Notes: generated by a model from the letters alone, not told the origin. DNA of 64,000 nt from Eledone cirrhosa (GCA_964016885.1 OZ024750.1:3968001-4032000); one strand, 5' to 3'; shown: positions 11,829 through 26,445, counted from the first letter of the stretch. Numbers and translations are program-made.

Positions 11829-12273
11829 AGTGGTGGTGGTAGTGGTGGTCATTGTGGTGGTGGTGGTGGTGGTGGTAGTAGTTGTGGTAGTTGTGGTAGT
11901 GGTGGTGGTGGTGGTGGTGGTAGTAGTGGTGGTGGTGGTGGTGGTGGTGGTAGTGGTGGTAGTGGTGGTAGTGGTGGTAGTGGTGGTGGTAGTGGTGGTG
12001 GTAGTGGTGGTAGTGGTGGTGGTGGTGGTGGTAGTGGTGGTGGTGGTGGTGGTGGTGGTAGTGGTGGTGGTAGTGGTGGTGGTGGTGGTAGTGGTGGTGG
12101 TGGTGGTGGTGGCGGTGGTAGTGGTGGTGGTGGTGGTAGTGGTAGTGGTGGTGGTGGTGGTGGTGGTGGTGGTAGTGGTAGTGGTGGTGGTGGTGGTGGT
12201 GGTGCTAGTGGTAGTGGTGGTGGTGGTGGTGGTCGTCGTGGTGGTGGTGGTGGTGGTGGTGGTGGTGGTAGTA
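11829..12273. repeat. (GTG/GTA)n microsatellite
   Basis: Seen directly; source of the poly-V/poly-T ORFs. Confidence 0.97.
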
Positions 12274-13119
12274 AAGCTGAATAGACTTGTCAAACCGAGT
12301 CTCCACCATATAACCCAACAGATGGCCTGCACCAGAGTTGGGGGTGGAGTGGATCATTATGTTATACCCCACGCATCGCTCTATCGTGTGTGTAAGATTA
12401 CAGAGGGGTAGATGTAAGATTAATGAGGTACACCGAAATGAAAATGTCCCACTACCCTTTGTGAATCGTTGATTTGGTACAAAAATTTCGGCAGCCGTTT
12501 GTGAGTCGAAGACAAATCGATTTAGTGGAGTTCATGACTCTCCAGGCTGTTGACTTACGACTGGAAATTTCAGGCCCCAGGAGTAAAATGAAGTTAAAAA
12601 CAGAGAGTAAAGACACCCCGCTCCACCTTCGATCACAAATTACCATGGGTTTTGTACTTAGAAAGTTTCTCTCCGAGGCACAAGCCCGGATAAGGTGTTT
12701 TTGCGGAAGACCAGCAGTCAGCCATGTATACTAGTCTCTCCTCTCTCCAGGCCACCGATGTCCTCCATGGGAAAGGAAAACGTCGATACAACTTGGCAGC
12801 AGTGACACCACTGCTTATTTCTATAGCTGCCTAAACTGGAGCAACGTGCAGTAATGTGTCTTGCTGAAGGACGCAATGCAATACCCGGTTCAAGAATCGA
12901 ACTCACAATCTGTCGATTGTGACTCTAACTCTCCAACCACTAAGCCACACACCTTTACAAAGTTGAAATACTGAGTTCGTAATCGAGTTACTTTAGGTAG
13001 TGTCACTCTTCAGGTACTAGATATCACGAGGGAGTTCATACTGAGCTGAAGGATGTTGCATAACAGGTTTACAGTGAAAGAATAATTTGTAGAGCTGTCG
13101 ACTCATACACTCTCTCAGA

Positions 13120-14263
13120 GTCTCACTCTGTCTCGCTGAGTACCACTCTGTCTCACTCTGTCTCACTCTGTCTTGCTGAGTACCACTCTGTCTCACTCTG
13201 TCTCACTCTGTCTCACTCTGTCTCACTCTGTCTCACTCTGTCTCACTCTGTCTCACTCTGTCTCGCTGAGTACCACTCTGTCTCACTCTGTCTCACTCTG
13301 TCTTGCTGAGTACCACTCTGTCTCACTCTGTCTTGCTGAGTACCACTCTATCTCACTCTGTCTCACTCTGTCTCACTCTGTCTCACTCTGTCTCACTCTG
13401 TCTCACTGTGTCTCACTCTGTCTTGCTGAGTACCACTCTGTCTCACTCTGTCTCACTCTGTCTCACTCTGTCTTGCTGAGTACCACTCTGTCTCACTCTG
13501 TCTCACTCTGTCTCACTGTCTCACTCTGTCTTGCTGAGTATCACTCTGTCTCACTGTGTCTCACTCTGTCTCACTCTGTCTCGCTGAGTACCACTCTGTC
13601 TCACTCTGTCTCGCTGAGTACCACTCTGTCTCACACTGTCTCACTCTGTCTCACTCTGTCTCACTCTGTCTCACCCTGTCTCACCCTGTCTCACTCTGTC
13701 TCACTCTGTCTCACTCTGTCTCACTCTGTCTCACCCTGTCTCACTCTGTCTTACTCTGTCTCACTCTGTCTCACGCTGTCTCACTCTGTCTCGCTGTGTC
13801 TCACTCTGTCTCACTGTGTCTCACTCTGTCTCACCCTATATCACTCTGTCTCACTCTATCTCACTCTGTCTCACTCTGTCTCACCCTGTCTCACTCTGTC
13901 TCACTCAGTCTCACTCTGTCTCACACTGTCTCACTCTGTTTCACTCTGTCTCACTCTGTCTCGCTGTGTCTCACTCTGTCTCACTCTGTCTCACTCTGTT
14001 TCACTCTGTCTCACTCTGTCTCACTCTGTTTCACTCTGTCTCACTCTGTCTCGCTGTGTCTCACTCTGTCTCACTCTGTCTCACTCTGTTTCACTCTGTC
14101 TCACTCTGTCTCACTCTGTTTCACTCTGTCTCACTCTGTCTCGCTGTGTCTTACTCTGTCTCACTCTGTCTCACACTGTCTCACTCTGTCTCACTCTGTT
14201 TCACTCTGTCTCACTCTGTCTCGCTGTGTCTCACGTTGTCTCACTCTGTCTCGCTGTGTCTCA
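13120..14263. repeat. 10-bp satellite (TCTCACTCTG)n with gctgagtacc variant units
   Basis: Seen directly, >100 units. Confidence 0.97.
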
Positions 14264-14528
14264 GTATTTCTACAACAGGGTACTTAACTCTCGTCAGTTG
14301 ATCACATACAATTTACTATTAGAATTATCCGATACATAATATGATTGATTGTTGTTCTGCTGCTTGGCATTAATTATTCCACGTGAAGATCACACATTAT
14401 TCCATATATATCTATCTATCTGTATATACATGTTTGGTAATTCCGAAGGAAAGGCAAAGGAAAAAAGAGTGCTCTATGTATAGAACAGAGCTTTTTAATT
14501 AGAAAATGAGCGACACAAAATATAACTA

Positions 14529-14596
14529 CTCCATTACCAAAGGTTTCTGGATCACAGACGATATTAATATATGTCTGGATCGTTCGTCAGACAGAG
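14529..14596 (-). ncRNA. Type I hammerhead ribozyme motif, family H2
   Basis: CUCUGU-CUGACGA-[GAUC CAGAC...GUCUG U GAUC]-GAAACC-UUU-GGUA^-AUGGAG; stems I, II and III all pair (base of stem II imperfect). Confidence 0.7.
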
Positions 14597-14661
14597 AAGT
14601 TATAGATAAAAGATATGAAATGAGATTTTAAATCAGTTAAACATTTTTAATTATCTCTCTA

Positions 14662-14696
<35 letters not shown>

Positions 14697-14718
14697 GTGT
14701 GTGTGTGCATATATATGT

Positions 14719-14848
<130 letters not shown>

Positions 14849-14982
14849 CTTGATTAAAATCCGTAGATGAGAGATCATGGAAAACAGTGCACAATCTGTT
14901 GTTGCAAGAGAGCTTTTTTAGTATAAACAAAGTTTCATGCACTACTCTCTCTCTCTCAATTTCTCTCTCTCTCTCTCTCTCA

Positions 14983-15029
<47 letters not shown>

Positions 15030-15522
15030 TCTCTCTCACTTTCTCTCGCTCTCTCTCTCTCTTTCTCTCTCTCTCCCTCTCTCTCTCCCTCTCTCTCTCT
15101 ACCCCCTCTCTATCCCTCTCTTTCTATCTCTGTCCCTCCCTATCTCTCTCACTCTCTACATATCTCTCTCTCACTCCCTGTCTTTCTATTCTCTCTCTCT
15201 CCCTCCTTCTCTATCCCTCTCTCTCCCTCTCTATCTCTCCTACCACCACCACCACCACCACCACTACCACTCTCACAGCTAGAAATGTTATAAGCTTATC
15301 CCTGTTTCTCTCTCTCTCTCTCTTTCTCTCTTTCTCTCTTTCTCTCTCTCTCTATCCCTGTTTCTCTCTCTCTCCCCTCTCCCCCCCCCCCCTCTCTATC
15401 TCTCCTACCACCACCACCACGACTCACAGCTAGAAATCTTATAATCCTATCAACTCTTATAATTCTTCTCGTCTCTTTAAATCAATAAGACATATTAGTC
15501 TTTGTAATCAGTTATACTTATA

Positions 15523-15604
<82 letters not shown>

Positions 15605-15639
15605 ACACACACACACACACACATACACACACACACATA

Positions 15640-15694
<55 letters not shown>

Positions 15695-15714
15695 GTATAT
15701 ATGTATATATGGTG

Positions 15715-15860
15715 AAGGCGTGTGGCTGAGTGGTTAGAGAATTGGATTCCCAATCGTGAGGTTGTGAGTTCGATTCCAGACTCGGGCGATGCGATATGTC
15801 CTTGAGCAAGGCACTTTATTACACGTTGCACCTTCTACCTGGAGTTGCGACCGATAGATA
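15715..15860 (+). mobile_element. tRNA-derived SINE, family 2
   Basis: tggctgagtggttag...gagttcgattcc...gtccttgagcaaggcacttt; copies at ~12640-12957(-), 18380-19065(-), 49075-49200(+). Confidence 0.8.
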
Positions 15861-15983
15861 GTATTAGCAATTGGAAAGACCAATGGAAACATTGTTTCCT
15901 CGGTCCGATTTGACAAAAAGTCGATCGTTCCAAAAAAAAAAAATATGTATACATACATGCATACATACATATATAAATATAAA

Positions 15984-16031
<48 letters not shown>

Positions 16032-16280
16032 ATATAGTTTCAGAAGATCCCGTTAAGGGTGAAAGCAGCGGTTCTTTTCTTAAACTTTAATCTGTTATTT
16101 TAATATATATATATATATATATATATACCTATATATATATATATATATATGTGTGTATATATATACCTATATATATATATATATATGTTGAAGTGTCCGT
16201 GGAAAAAGTAAAAGGAATGAAGAGTGCTCTATGTAAGTAACAGAGCTAAATATTTAATGTATAATAAACAACACAGTATA

Positions 16281-16356
16281 ATTACCTAATTACCCGAGGT
16301 TTCCTGAACAGGACGAACACAAGAGACGTCCGCATTCGCTCGTCAGATAAGGCAAT
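16281..16356 (-). ncRNA. Type I hammerhead ribozyme motif, family H2 variant
   Basis: AUUGCCUUAU-CUGACGA-[GAAU..GGACG...CGUCC.GUUC]-GAAACC-UCG-GGUA^-AUUAGGUAAU; 44-bp palindrome 16334-16377 at its 5' end. Confidence 0.7.
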
Positions 16357-16420
16357 TGCCTTATCTGACGAACGAATATATATATATATATACCTATATA
16401 TATATACCTATATATATATA

Positions 16421-16465
<45 letters not shown>

Positions 16466-16744
16466 GTGCATGTGTATGTGTATTTGTGTATAATATGTAC
16501 GTCAACACACATACGCACAGAGACACACACATATCCACACACACAGCGACGTATGCACGTCCATGGTATTATATGAGCCTACATCAGTCAGTGATTAACA
16601 ACTATGAGCTGGTTGTTTGTCTTATTAGTTAAGAACAATATAAGCTGTTCGGCCACATTATAACATTGTAACACACGCTGGCCATATACAAACAGAAGAA
16701 TGGATATTGTTGGCAAGGTTAAATATTTCTTGCGTATTGTTCAA

Positions 16745-17310
16745 CGCCGGATCAGCCCCAGGTCAGTCCCGGATTTGCTCCAGCTCAGCCCCGGATCAGT
16801 CCCGGGTCAACCACAGGTCATTCCCGTCTTAGTCCCGGCTTGGTCTCGGCTCAGCCCCGGGTCAACCTCGGCTCTGCCATAGGTCAGCCCCGACTTAGCC
16901 TCGGCTCAGTCTCGGCTCAGTCCTGGCTCAATCCCCGGTCAGCCCCGGCTTAGCTCCAGCTCAGTCCCGGGTCAGTCCCGGGTCAACCCCAGGTCAGTTT
17001 TGGCTCATCCCCGGGGCAACCTCGGCTCAGCCATAGGTCAGCCCCGACTTAACCTCGGCTCAGTCCCGGCTCAGCCACAGGTCAATCCCGGGTCAACCCC
17101 GGCTCAGTTACAGCTCAGCCCCGGTTCAGCCATAGGTCAGCTCCGGCTCAGCCCCAGGTCAGTGTCGGCTCAGCCCCAGATCAGCCCCGGCTTAGCTCCG
17201 GCTCAGCGCCGGGTCAACCTCGGCTCAAGCCCGGCTCAGCCCCAGATCAATCCCGGCTAAGCCTCGGCTCAGGCCCGGCTCAAGCCCAGGTCAGTCCTGG
17301 GTCAGCCCTG
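16745..17310. repeat. Degenerate GC-rich ~11-bp satellite (CAGCCCCGGCT)
   Basis: Seen directly. Confidence 0.85.
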
Positions 17311-18599
17311 ATCGAGCTGATCTGTGATAAAAATAATTAAAAGCATTCACAACAGCAGCTGAGAATGGGGTCAGCTTTAGGATGGACAGGCACTTAGCGC
17401 CAATGAAACCGAGATAAGCACTGACCTAATGAGTCTACCTTGGAACAGATCTTAACTTGTCTTTGAGACAGAAACTATTATTATTGTTAGGGCGGTGGAT
17501 TGGCAGTATCGGTAGAGAATCGGACACCATGCTTTGCAGCATAGAGTTACGGTCCTTTACGTTCTGAGTTCAAATCCCGCCGAGGTTAACTTTGCCTTTC
17601 GTCCTTACGGGGTCGATAAAATAAAGTACCAGTAATGTACTTTCCCTTCCTTCTCCCCCAAATTGCGGGCCTTGTGCCTATACTAGAAATCATTATCATT
17701 GCTAAACAACAATAACAAACAACAGTTTAGGTCGCTAACGACATGGAAAAAAGAAAAAAACACCAACAACAAAACACGAGCGACATAACTGAATATATTA
17801 CAGTCCTTATAAAATAGAAATTAAGGCTTCTGGAGGTGGGTAGCATACCCGCTTTATCAAGAAAGAATAATAGTTTAATCTTTTGTTTCAGTAACTAGTT
17901 TTATTTTAGTCATCATATAAATAGCAACAATTACTAAATAGTTCACCAAAAACAATCAATGTTTTAAATATGGAACGATTAACGGTATTAATCTTTTCTC
18001 TCAAATCGTTAAATGAAGTCCATTATCACTACTTTGAACACTTTAAATCAATCAATCATTCACCTTTAAATTCTTTGACAGCTTCCATTTACAAAGTCTT
18101 ATTGTTGTTGTTGTTGTTGTTTTAGTGGTGGTAGTGGTGGTGGTGGTGATGGTGGTGTTGCTGTTGTTATTGTTATTGTTGTTGGTGGTGGTAATGTATA
18201 CATGGTCCTGTAAATCATGAAGAGCCGAGGTTGACATAGGGCGTTTCTAGGGCATTTATTTTTTTTTTTTTTAAACCCAGGCAGAGCCCATCTCTCCTCT
18301 CCAGGTCTGAATACAGCAGATTTCTTCCAAAGAAGGATAGAAAGGGAGAGAATGGAAGTGAGAAAGAGATATAGAAGAAGATCGACCCCAGTACTTGACT
18401 GGTACTTTTCTATCGACCTGGATAGAATGACCATGGGAATTGTACCTATAAAGTTCCCCTCCGAGGCACAAGTCCGGGCAAGGTTGTTTGTGGAAGACCA
18501 ACAGTCTCCCATTCATACCAGCCTCTCTTCTCCATGCCACCAATGTTGTCCAAGAGAAAGGTTATGGCTGATACAGCTTGGCACCAGTGATGTCACAAC

Positions 18600-18863
18600 T
18601 TACTCTATATATACACTATATACTTTATATATACACTCTATACTCTCTATATACACTATATACTCAATATATACACTCTATACTCTATATATACACTATA
18701 TACTCAATATATACACTCTATACTCTATATATACACTATATACTCAATATATACACTCTATACTCTATATATACACTATATACTCAATATATACACTCTA
18801 TACTCTATATATACGCCCTCTATACTCTATATATACACTATATACTCTCTATATACACTATAT
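18600..18863. repeat. 18-bp AT-rich tandem repeat inside a family-2 SINE
   Basis: tatactc(t/a)atatatacac units, flanked by a duplicated ~40-bp SINE segment (18544-18584 and 18868-18908). Confidence 0.85.
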
Positions 18864-19482
18864 ATGGTGTTGTCCAATAGAAAGGCAATGGCCGATACAG
18901 CTTGGCACGTGAGGCGTCGCAACCCATTTCTACAGCTGAGTAAACTGGAGCAACGTGAAATAAAGTGTCTTGCTCAAGGAAACAACACATCACCCAGTTC
19001 TAGAATTGAACTCACAACTTCCCGATTGCAAGCCCATTTCTCTAACCACTAAGCCATCTGCCTCACAGAGACGGTACGGGCATCAGATTAAAACTGCATC
19101 GGTATTTGTTTCAGCTCACTGCACACTGAGTTCAAATCACGCTAAGGTTAACTTTACCTTTCATCTGTTCTTCCTCCCCACCCATTCCGGGCCACATCTA
19201 TGCTCACTGCTATCGAATCAAAGTTAGTTAGTTGCCCGCAGGTGGGAGTCCCGCAAGGTGTAGTGGCTGTTTGTCAGATTCAGATGTGTGACGCTCAGAT
19301 ATGGCTTTTCAAGCCTGCCAGAGACTTGCACTCCTTCACACATTAACGACAACTATGGATCTCCCTGGCCTCAGGTCATGATTCAGGTTGTCTGTGGACC
19401 TTGCTTGTGGGGGCTCACATACATACATACATACATACATACATACATACATACATACATACATACATACATACATACATAC

Positions 19483-19998
19483 ATGGTGGCTGCCAACTCA
19501 TTTTCGAGTACGGCCACTACTTTATATCCATGTAGGAGAACCCCCACCGATGCGCTGAACGAGTGTGACTTTTTAGTCCAGCCAGCGACTTGAAAACTCT
19601 TGTACAAACACTACACTTGTGACAATTATTGACACATAGTGCTGGGCCCATGATACCAAGTGACGACAAGTGCAGAGAGATCTCCAGATATAAAGCAATG
19701 CCTGTGCCGTGAAGCTTTTATAGTGAGCAAAGGCACTGCACAAAGCCAGTCCCACTCTCTTAACCAAGATGATATTTACCAAAAAGAAGAACAAGTCAAC
19801 ATCATTGGATACCATCAGGGTTGCAGGTGTTATATCAGAGTTTTCCTTCTCCTAGAATTCTGCCTTGACAAAGGCTAAGGGGTCATCTCTCCCGGTGATT
19901 TTGGATGGCCATTGACTCTTAAGAGCTCCTTTGCCCCCTTTGCCCTTTGACAGGTTTTGTTTTTAGTCCTACAGGATGTCCAAAGTCACCCTCCTCAC
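19483..19998 (-). mobile_element. Second copy of the C2H2-tailed LINE-derived repeat
   Basis: Reverse complement of ~1157-1662; intact finger CSVCTRVFKSLAGLKSHTRSAH. Confidence 0.75.
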
Positions 19999-20960
19999 CA
20001 CATATACATATATATGCACATGCACACATACAACTCAAAACATACACATTCACACATACAATAACATCCATACCTACACATGAATGCATGCAGACATACA
20101 TATCTACCTAGTTGATGTTGTGTAAATTCCAATGAAAGAGTCTTGTGTCTATGTTAGAAACCGACTCTCTCTCTATTGGCCAAAATTTGTGAAATTATAA
20201 AACCAGAAGAACATACATACATACATATACATACATATACATACATATACATACATATACATACATACATATACATACATACATACATATACATACATAT
20301 ACATACATATACATACATACATACATATACATACATATACATACATACATACATATACATACATATACATACATATACATACATACATACATACATATAC
20401 ATACATATACATACATATACATACATATACATACATACATACATATACATACATATACATACATATACATACATACATACATATACATACATATACATAC
20501 ATACATATACATACATACATACATACATACATATACATACATACATACATATACATACATATACATACATATACATACATATATACATATACATACATAT
20601 ACATACATATGGTGGCTGCCAACTCGTTTTCGAGTACGGCCACTACTTTATATCCATGTAGGAGAACTCCTACCGATGCGCTGAACGAGTGTGACTTTTT
20701 AGTCCAGCCAGCGACTTGAAAACTCCGGTACATACACTAGGGCGGCCCTGTGGTTCTATGATGAGTTACTAGTCCATACTTACATCTCTGCACTCTGAGT
20801 TCAAATCCCACTGAGGTCAACTTTATCTTTCTACTTTTCAAAGTCGATAAAATAATGTACCAATCCAGAGCAACACATTAACGGAATTGACAAAGCAATG
20901 GACGAGGTCCATTGCAGTATTTATTCCGGCTCTTTGGCTTCTAATGTGAAATATGGCTGC

Positions 20961-21020
<60 letters not shown>

Positions 21021-21214
21021 GCATATATATATGGATCGTTAACTTAATGATGTTTCTGTTTGTTTGTATGTTAAGATGGGCAGAAGGCGAAACGCGTGGT
21101 TTGGCGTGAAGTGACGACTGTATTCGGCTAATACATTTGTTTTATCGACGATAGAAGACAAACATTGACCTTGTCCGGATTTGAACTCAGAGTGTAAAGG
21201 AACGCAACTAAATA

Positions 21215-21274
<60 letters not shown>

Positions 21275-21319
21275 AATCATCCCATTGCAGCTTTCGTAAT
21301 CTATTTTATCCCTGGCTAA

Positions 21320-21734
21320 TACGAAGGGCAGCTAGAAAGTTCATAGGCTGACTAGGAAGAAGTGATGCTAGAGCTGTGAAATCTTGCGTGCATTAATTTC
21401 AACTCTTCTTATTATTAAGGGCGGTGGATTGGCAGTATCGGTAGAGGGTCGGACGCCATGCTTTCCAGCATAGTTACGTCCCTTTACGATCTGAGTTCAA
21501 ATCCCGCCGAGGTTGACTTTGCCTTTCATCCTTACGGGGTCGATAAAATAAAGTACCAGTAATGCACTGGGTAATTGCTGGCCTTGTGCCTAAAGTAGAA
21601 ACAATTAATTTCAACTCTTCTTATTAATAACTACATTGTTTTTCTTTCCAGGGACTATGTTGAAAAATAAACCTCATTTGGTCATTTCATGAGAGTATCC
21701 TGGTCAGCCTATAAACTTTTCAGCCGAACCTCGT
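21320..21734 (+). mobile_element. Mariner-type MITE with a nested SINE (23-bp TSD)
   Basis: TIRs tacgaagggcagctagaaagttcataggctgac / gtcagcctataaacttttcagccgaacctcgt; attaatttcaactcttcttatta duplicated at 21392 and 21604. Uninterrupted copy at 28202-28403; others at ~50005-50313. Confidence 0.8.
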
Positions 21735-22001
21735 CTCTAGATTAATTGTTTCTACTTTAGGCACAAGGCCAGCAATTACCCAGTGCATTACTGGTACTTT
21801 ATTTTATCGACCCCGTAAGGATGAAAGGCAAAGTCAACCTCGGCGGGATTTGAACTCAGATCGTAAAGGGACGTAACTATGTAAAACAAATATATGCATC
21901 TTTTGTCGTACAAAATTTACATACATACATGCACACACACACACACACATAAATATATATATATATGGATTTTAGTCTTCAAATTTATTATTATTACTAT
22001 T

Positions 22002-22049
<48 letters not shown>

Positions 22050-22399
22050 TGTGTGTACGTGAAAATATACCAGCGTTCATATGAGAGAATCTTTCAATTA
22101 TTCATTTAAATTCCAACGTAACGGTTGCTGTGATGTATATGTGAGATCTTACAGATCAAATTCTGTGAATCAGTTTCGATTCTGAGCAGTAATCTTTTCA
22201 TCTGGTATGGGTTTCTGATTTTGAAGGGGTTGTACTCTCTAGTCTCGAATAATCATCCCCACCCTCGCTTATTAATTTTTAAGTTTTTCCAACCCCTCCC
22301 TTCGCTCTTATTCCGGCCCTCCTCTCTCCCACGCTTATTAAAGTTTGCTAATCTATGTCTAGTCTAGGGCGGGTAAAATTCCCGAGATCCGTGAACGAG

Positions 22400-22657
22400 T
22401 TCTCTCCTGCGGTCTCTGTCCCTCATTATCGCTGCCATGTCTTGCGTCTCCAAGAGACCAGTATCTGTCCTTAGGGCATCAACATATGTCAACCCGGGTC
22501 TCCCTCTTCCAGTGTGTTTGGGGCTCCCACAGGAGCACTGAGTGCAGTGTCAACTCTGGATGTCGGTGAGCATGTCCAGCTAACCCCAGTCTTCTCTGTG
22601 CTACTCTCGAGCTGACTTTTGGGAGGCTCCCGTACAGCTCTGAGTTCTTCATCCTCA
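22400..22657 (-). mobile_element. RTE/RTE-X-like LINE 3' fragment
   Basis: NSELYGSLPKVSSRVAQRRLGLAGHAHRHPE...LLWEP / GRGRPGLTYVDAL..DTGL. Confidence 0.75.
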
Positions 22658-23925
22658 GTGTATCTAATCTATCTCCGGTGAAATTTTATTTTAAGTGGTG
22701 GCATTCCTGCGACAATAAATTTTCTTTAGACATTAAAAAAACATTATACGTGACCAAAAAAAGTAGATAAGAAACCCCACCCCATACGTTATAAAATAGA
22801 CAGAATGGGTTAGAGTTTCAATATGTAAATCTAACGACTAATGTCTAGAAAAATCAACGGGGACAACTTAGAAAAATTACCGATGTCCTCCTCCCCCCCT
22901 TATTCCAATACATTACCAGAAAAAAGTACATAACCAGACATCCTATAGTAGTGAAATTACCCTAAAATCACACACGCTCTATAATCCTATAGAAGGGTAC
23001 ATATTGGATAATATGGAAAAGAAGACAGGGTGGGTGTTCACAGGTAGAATCCATTTGATCAAAGGTATGTTCGACCTTGGGTTAAACAACAACAGCAACA
23101 GCAACAACAACAATTGTAACAACACAAATATCGACAAAGGGTCTGTCACCCTCTCTCGTTCCCCTTTTCTCTCTTCCTTTTGTCAAGTAGTCCTTGTTCT
23201 TCTTCTTTTCCTCTCATTTGTGGCATTTATAGTACTTTCCAATACTGCTTTATTTTTCACTATGTTTAATCAAATCATTTTTCTTATATCGAAGTTGGCT
23301 CGACTGAGAAATAAAAAAATTATAAAGGGATACAAAAAAAACAAAAAAACAAAACTGAAAAAAAATAAAAAATTTAAAGGTATGACAATAACTTACCTGT
23401 ACGTTAATCAATATAATTAATATACAGGTAAGTTCCAAGCACGACTATTTCATGATCCGGTTTCGATTCTCGACAGAAATCATTTTTTTTTTCTTCAATT
23501 CACAGGACGTGGTTATCACCGACTTTGGGAAAGACATGAACATCACAACATCACATTCGTTTGTGTTTTTGTTTGATTGTTTGTTTGTTGTTGTTGTTGT
23601 TGTTGTTTCTTTTAAAACATGGAGTTCTTGTGACTTACTCGACAGCAGCTGACAACTACTGTCAGAGAACTGTGGGGGACTACTGAACTTCTTTGGGGAG
23701 AGGGGGGGGGGAGAGTGGTGCCCCAGTATGGCCAAAGCTGAAATGAGCTAAAGAGACCAACATTATTTTTGTTCACTTATTAACCTGAATCAGATCTCTA
23801 ATGAAATGAAATCAATCTAACTATCGGTCGGTAATCAATAATAAACCAATCAATCAATCAATCAATCAATATATATATATATGTGTCTGTGTGTGTGTGT
23901 GTGTATTTTGTATACATGTGTGTAT

Positions 23926-23961
<36 letters not shown>

Positions 23962-23997
23962 TATGTGTGTATATATATATACATGTATATATATGTT

Positions 23998-24060
<63 letters not shown>

Positions 24061-24533
24061 TCTAACCTAACATAGCCTAGCAGATCGACAAAAAGCGATC
24101 GATAAAATAAGTACCAGACTTCGAAAAAAATATAAGTAGTGGAGGGGTCGATCGATTTTCGATATATTTGACTAAACCTTTTTAAGGCGGTGCTCCAGAA
24201 TGGCCGCAGTCTAATGACTGAAATCAGTAAAGAAAAATGATATCAATAATATAATATATTGACTTACCGGTATCGACAGGAAAATGAGAAAGTGGATCAG
24301 TGTTTTTTTGTTTTTTTTGGTGATCGATATTGCGTAAAGAAAGTCAATTAAATTAGTATTTGTTTAAATCCATATTGATCTCGGTGTTGTAAAATAAACA
24401 TAACTTAATATTCTACCAATACTTGGTTACACTAGAACTACATACTCGTTACTGGACACACTAGCATACATAGATATATACATACATATACATAGATATA
24501 TACATACATATACATACAGACCAGCAGATATAT

Positions 24534-24564
<31 letters not shown>

Positions 24565-24598
24565 CATACATACATACATACATACATACATACATACA

Positions 24599-24660
<62 letters not shown>

Positions 24661-25365
24661 CAGACAGACATATATACATATATATATATATATACACACA
24701 CATGCATACATACATATGCACACATACATGCATGCATCCATATAAGCACACATTTATAGATACATACATACACACATACATACACAGTCACATATATACA
24801 TGGGGAAATAAACACACACATAAAGGCAGTAACACTATACTCCACCCCCTCTCTCCCTCTCTCTCTCTCCCTCACTCACCATATCCCCCCTCTCTCTCTC
24901 TCTCCCTCTCTCCTCTCCCTGTCTATCTTTCTGTTTCTCTCCCTCACTCACTATACCCCCCCTCTCTCTCTCTCACTCTCTCCTCTCCCTCTCTATCTTT
25001 CTGTTTCTCTCCCTCACTCACTATCCCCCCTCTCTCTCTCTTCTTTTTCTCCCCCACGCACTTTCTCCTCCTCTTTCTCTCCTTCTTTCTCAACCTCCCT
25101 CACCTTTACCCCCCTCTCTCCTTCGCTCTCCCCCTCTCCCTCCTCTTTCTCTCCCTCTCTATCTTTCTGTTTCTCTCCCTCACTCACTATATTCCACTCT
25201 TTCTCTCTCACACCCTCCCCACCTCTCCCCCTCTCTCCCTCCCCCCCTCCCCCCTACCCAGTACCTTAATTAACTTACCAACATAGAGAGAGTCACGTGA
25301 TGGACATTAGGTGTTTTGATTGGGTTTCAACGTTGCTAGGACAGCTGCTTTTCTAAGACGTTAGA

Positions 25366-25866
25366 CCCACTACCACCACTACCACTACCACTACCACCCA
25401 CACTACTACCACCACCACAACCACCATCACCACTACTATCACTACCGCTATCACCACCACAACTACCACCACCACCACCACTATCACCCACACTACCACC
25501 CACACTACCACCAACACCATAACCACCACTATTACCACAACCACCACCACCACCACAACCGCCACCACCACTACCGCCACCACCACCACCACTACCGCCA
25601 CCACCACCACCACTACCGCCACCACCACCACCACCACCACCACCACCACTACCGCCACCACCACCACCACCACCACCACCACCACCACCACCACTACCGC
25701 CACCACCACACCGCCACCACTACCACCACCACCGCCACCACCACTACCGCCACCACCACTACCGCCACCACCACCACCACCACCACCACCACCACCACCA
25801 CCACCACTACCACCACCACCACCACCACTACCGCCACCACCACCACCACCACCACCACCACCACCC
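25366..25866. repeat. (CAC/CAA/TAC)n microsatellite
   Basis: Seen directly. Confidence 0.95.
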
Positions 25867-26239
25867 GTCATTACAGACCTGTACTCCCACATTCACAATA
25901 CATAGTTTAGTGCCCTCGCCTCTGTCTCTATACAACCCTACTTGAGTTAATCCCAGACAACATATGTATCACAGATAGTTGTTTATTTATTGGACACACT
26001 TAGCCATATTTTATTTAGCAAACACACGTACACACACAAGCACACGCACACACAGACACACACACACACACACACACAGGTACACACACACACACACACA
26101 CAGACACACACATACGTACACCCCCACCTTCCCCCACACATCCGTACAAACCTATAAATAGATGCCTACACTGAGATAAAAAAAACAAATTCGTGTTTTT
26201 AGGTGGACTCCCGGTGATTTCTTACGAATGAAACCAAAA

Positions 26240-26445
26240 TTATGTTTGTTATTCAACCATCTTGCTTGGGGTCTACCCCTGGGTGACATGCCGGTTGTTT
26301 TTTGCCCGTAAAATCTGTCCAGCGACAGAGTGACTCTGATCTCGCAGCTACAAGTCTGTCCAGCGATTCTTTCCTGAGACATTCTAACCACATGTCCATA
26401 GTATAATATTGGAACTGTGATCTCCCAATTTGGAGAGGTAGCGGC
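26240..26445 (-). mobile_element. RTE LINE 3' fragment (degenerate)
   Basis: LQIGRSQ...GHVVRMSQER...PRGRPQARW. Confidence 0.6.

Noticed and set aside
14265-14303. Minus-strand CTGACGA...GAAAT
   Set aside because: No pairable stem II or stem I.
13120-14339. 388-aa and other long ORFs
   Set aside because: Translations of a 10-bp satellite.
16036-16100. CAGAAGA-T-CCC-GTTAA-GGG-T-GAAAG, HHR-like and next to (TA)n
   Set aside because: Core mutated and no stem I; possibly a decayed relative (tail shared with ~40470-40510) but not supportable.
23004-23420. 138-aa ORF with a hydrophobic stretch
   Set aside because: Non-ATG start, low-complexity N/K runs, crosses apparent intronic sequence; no recognisable domain.
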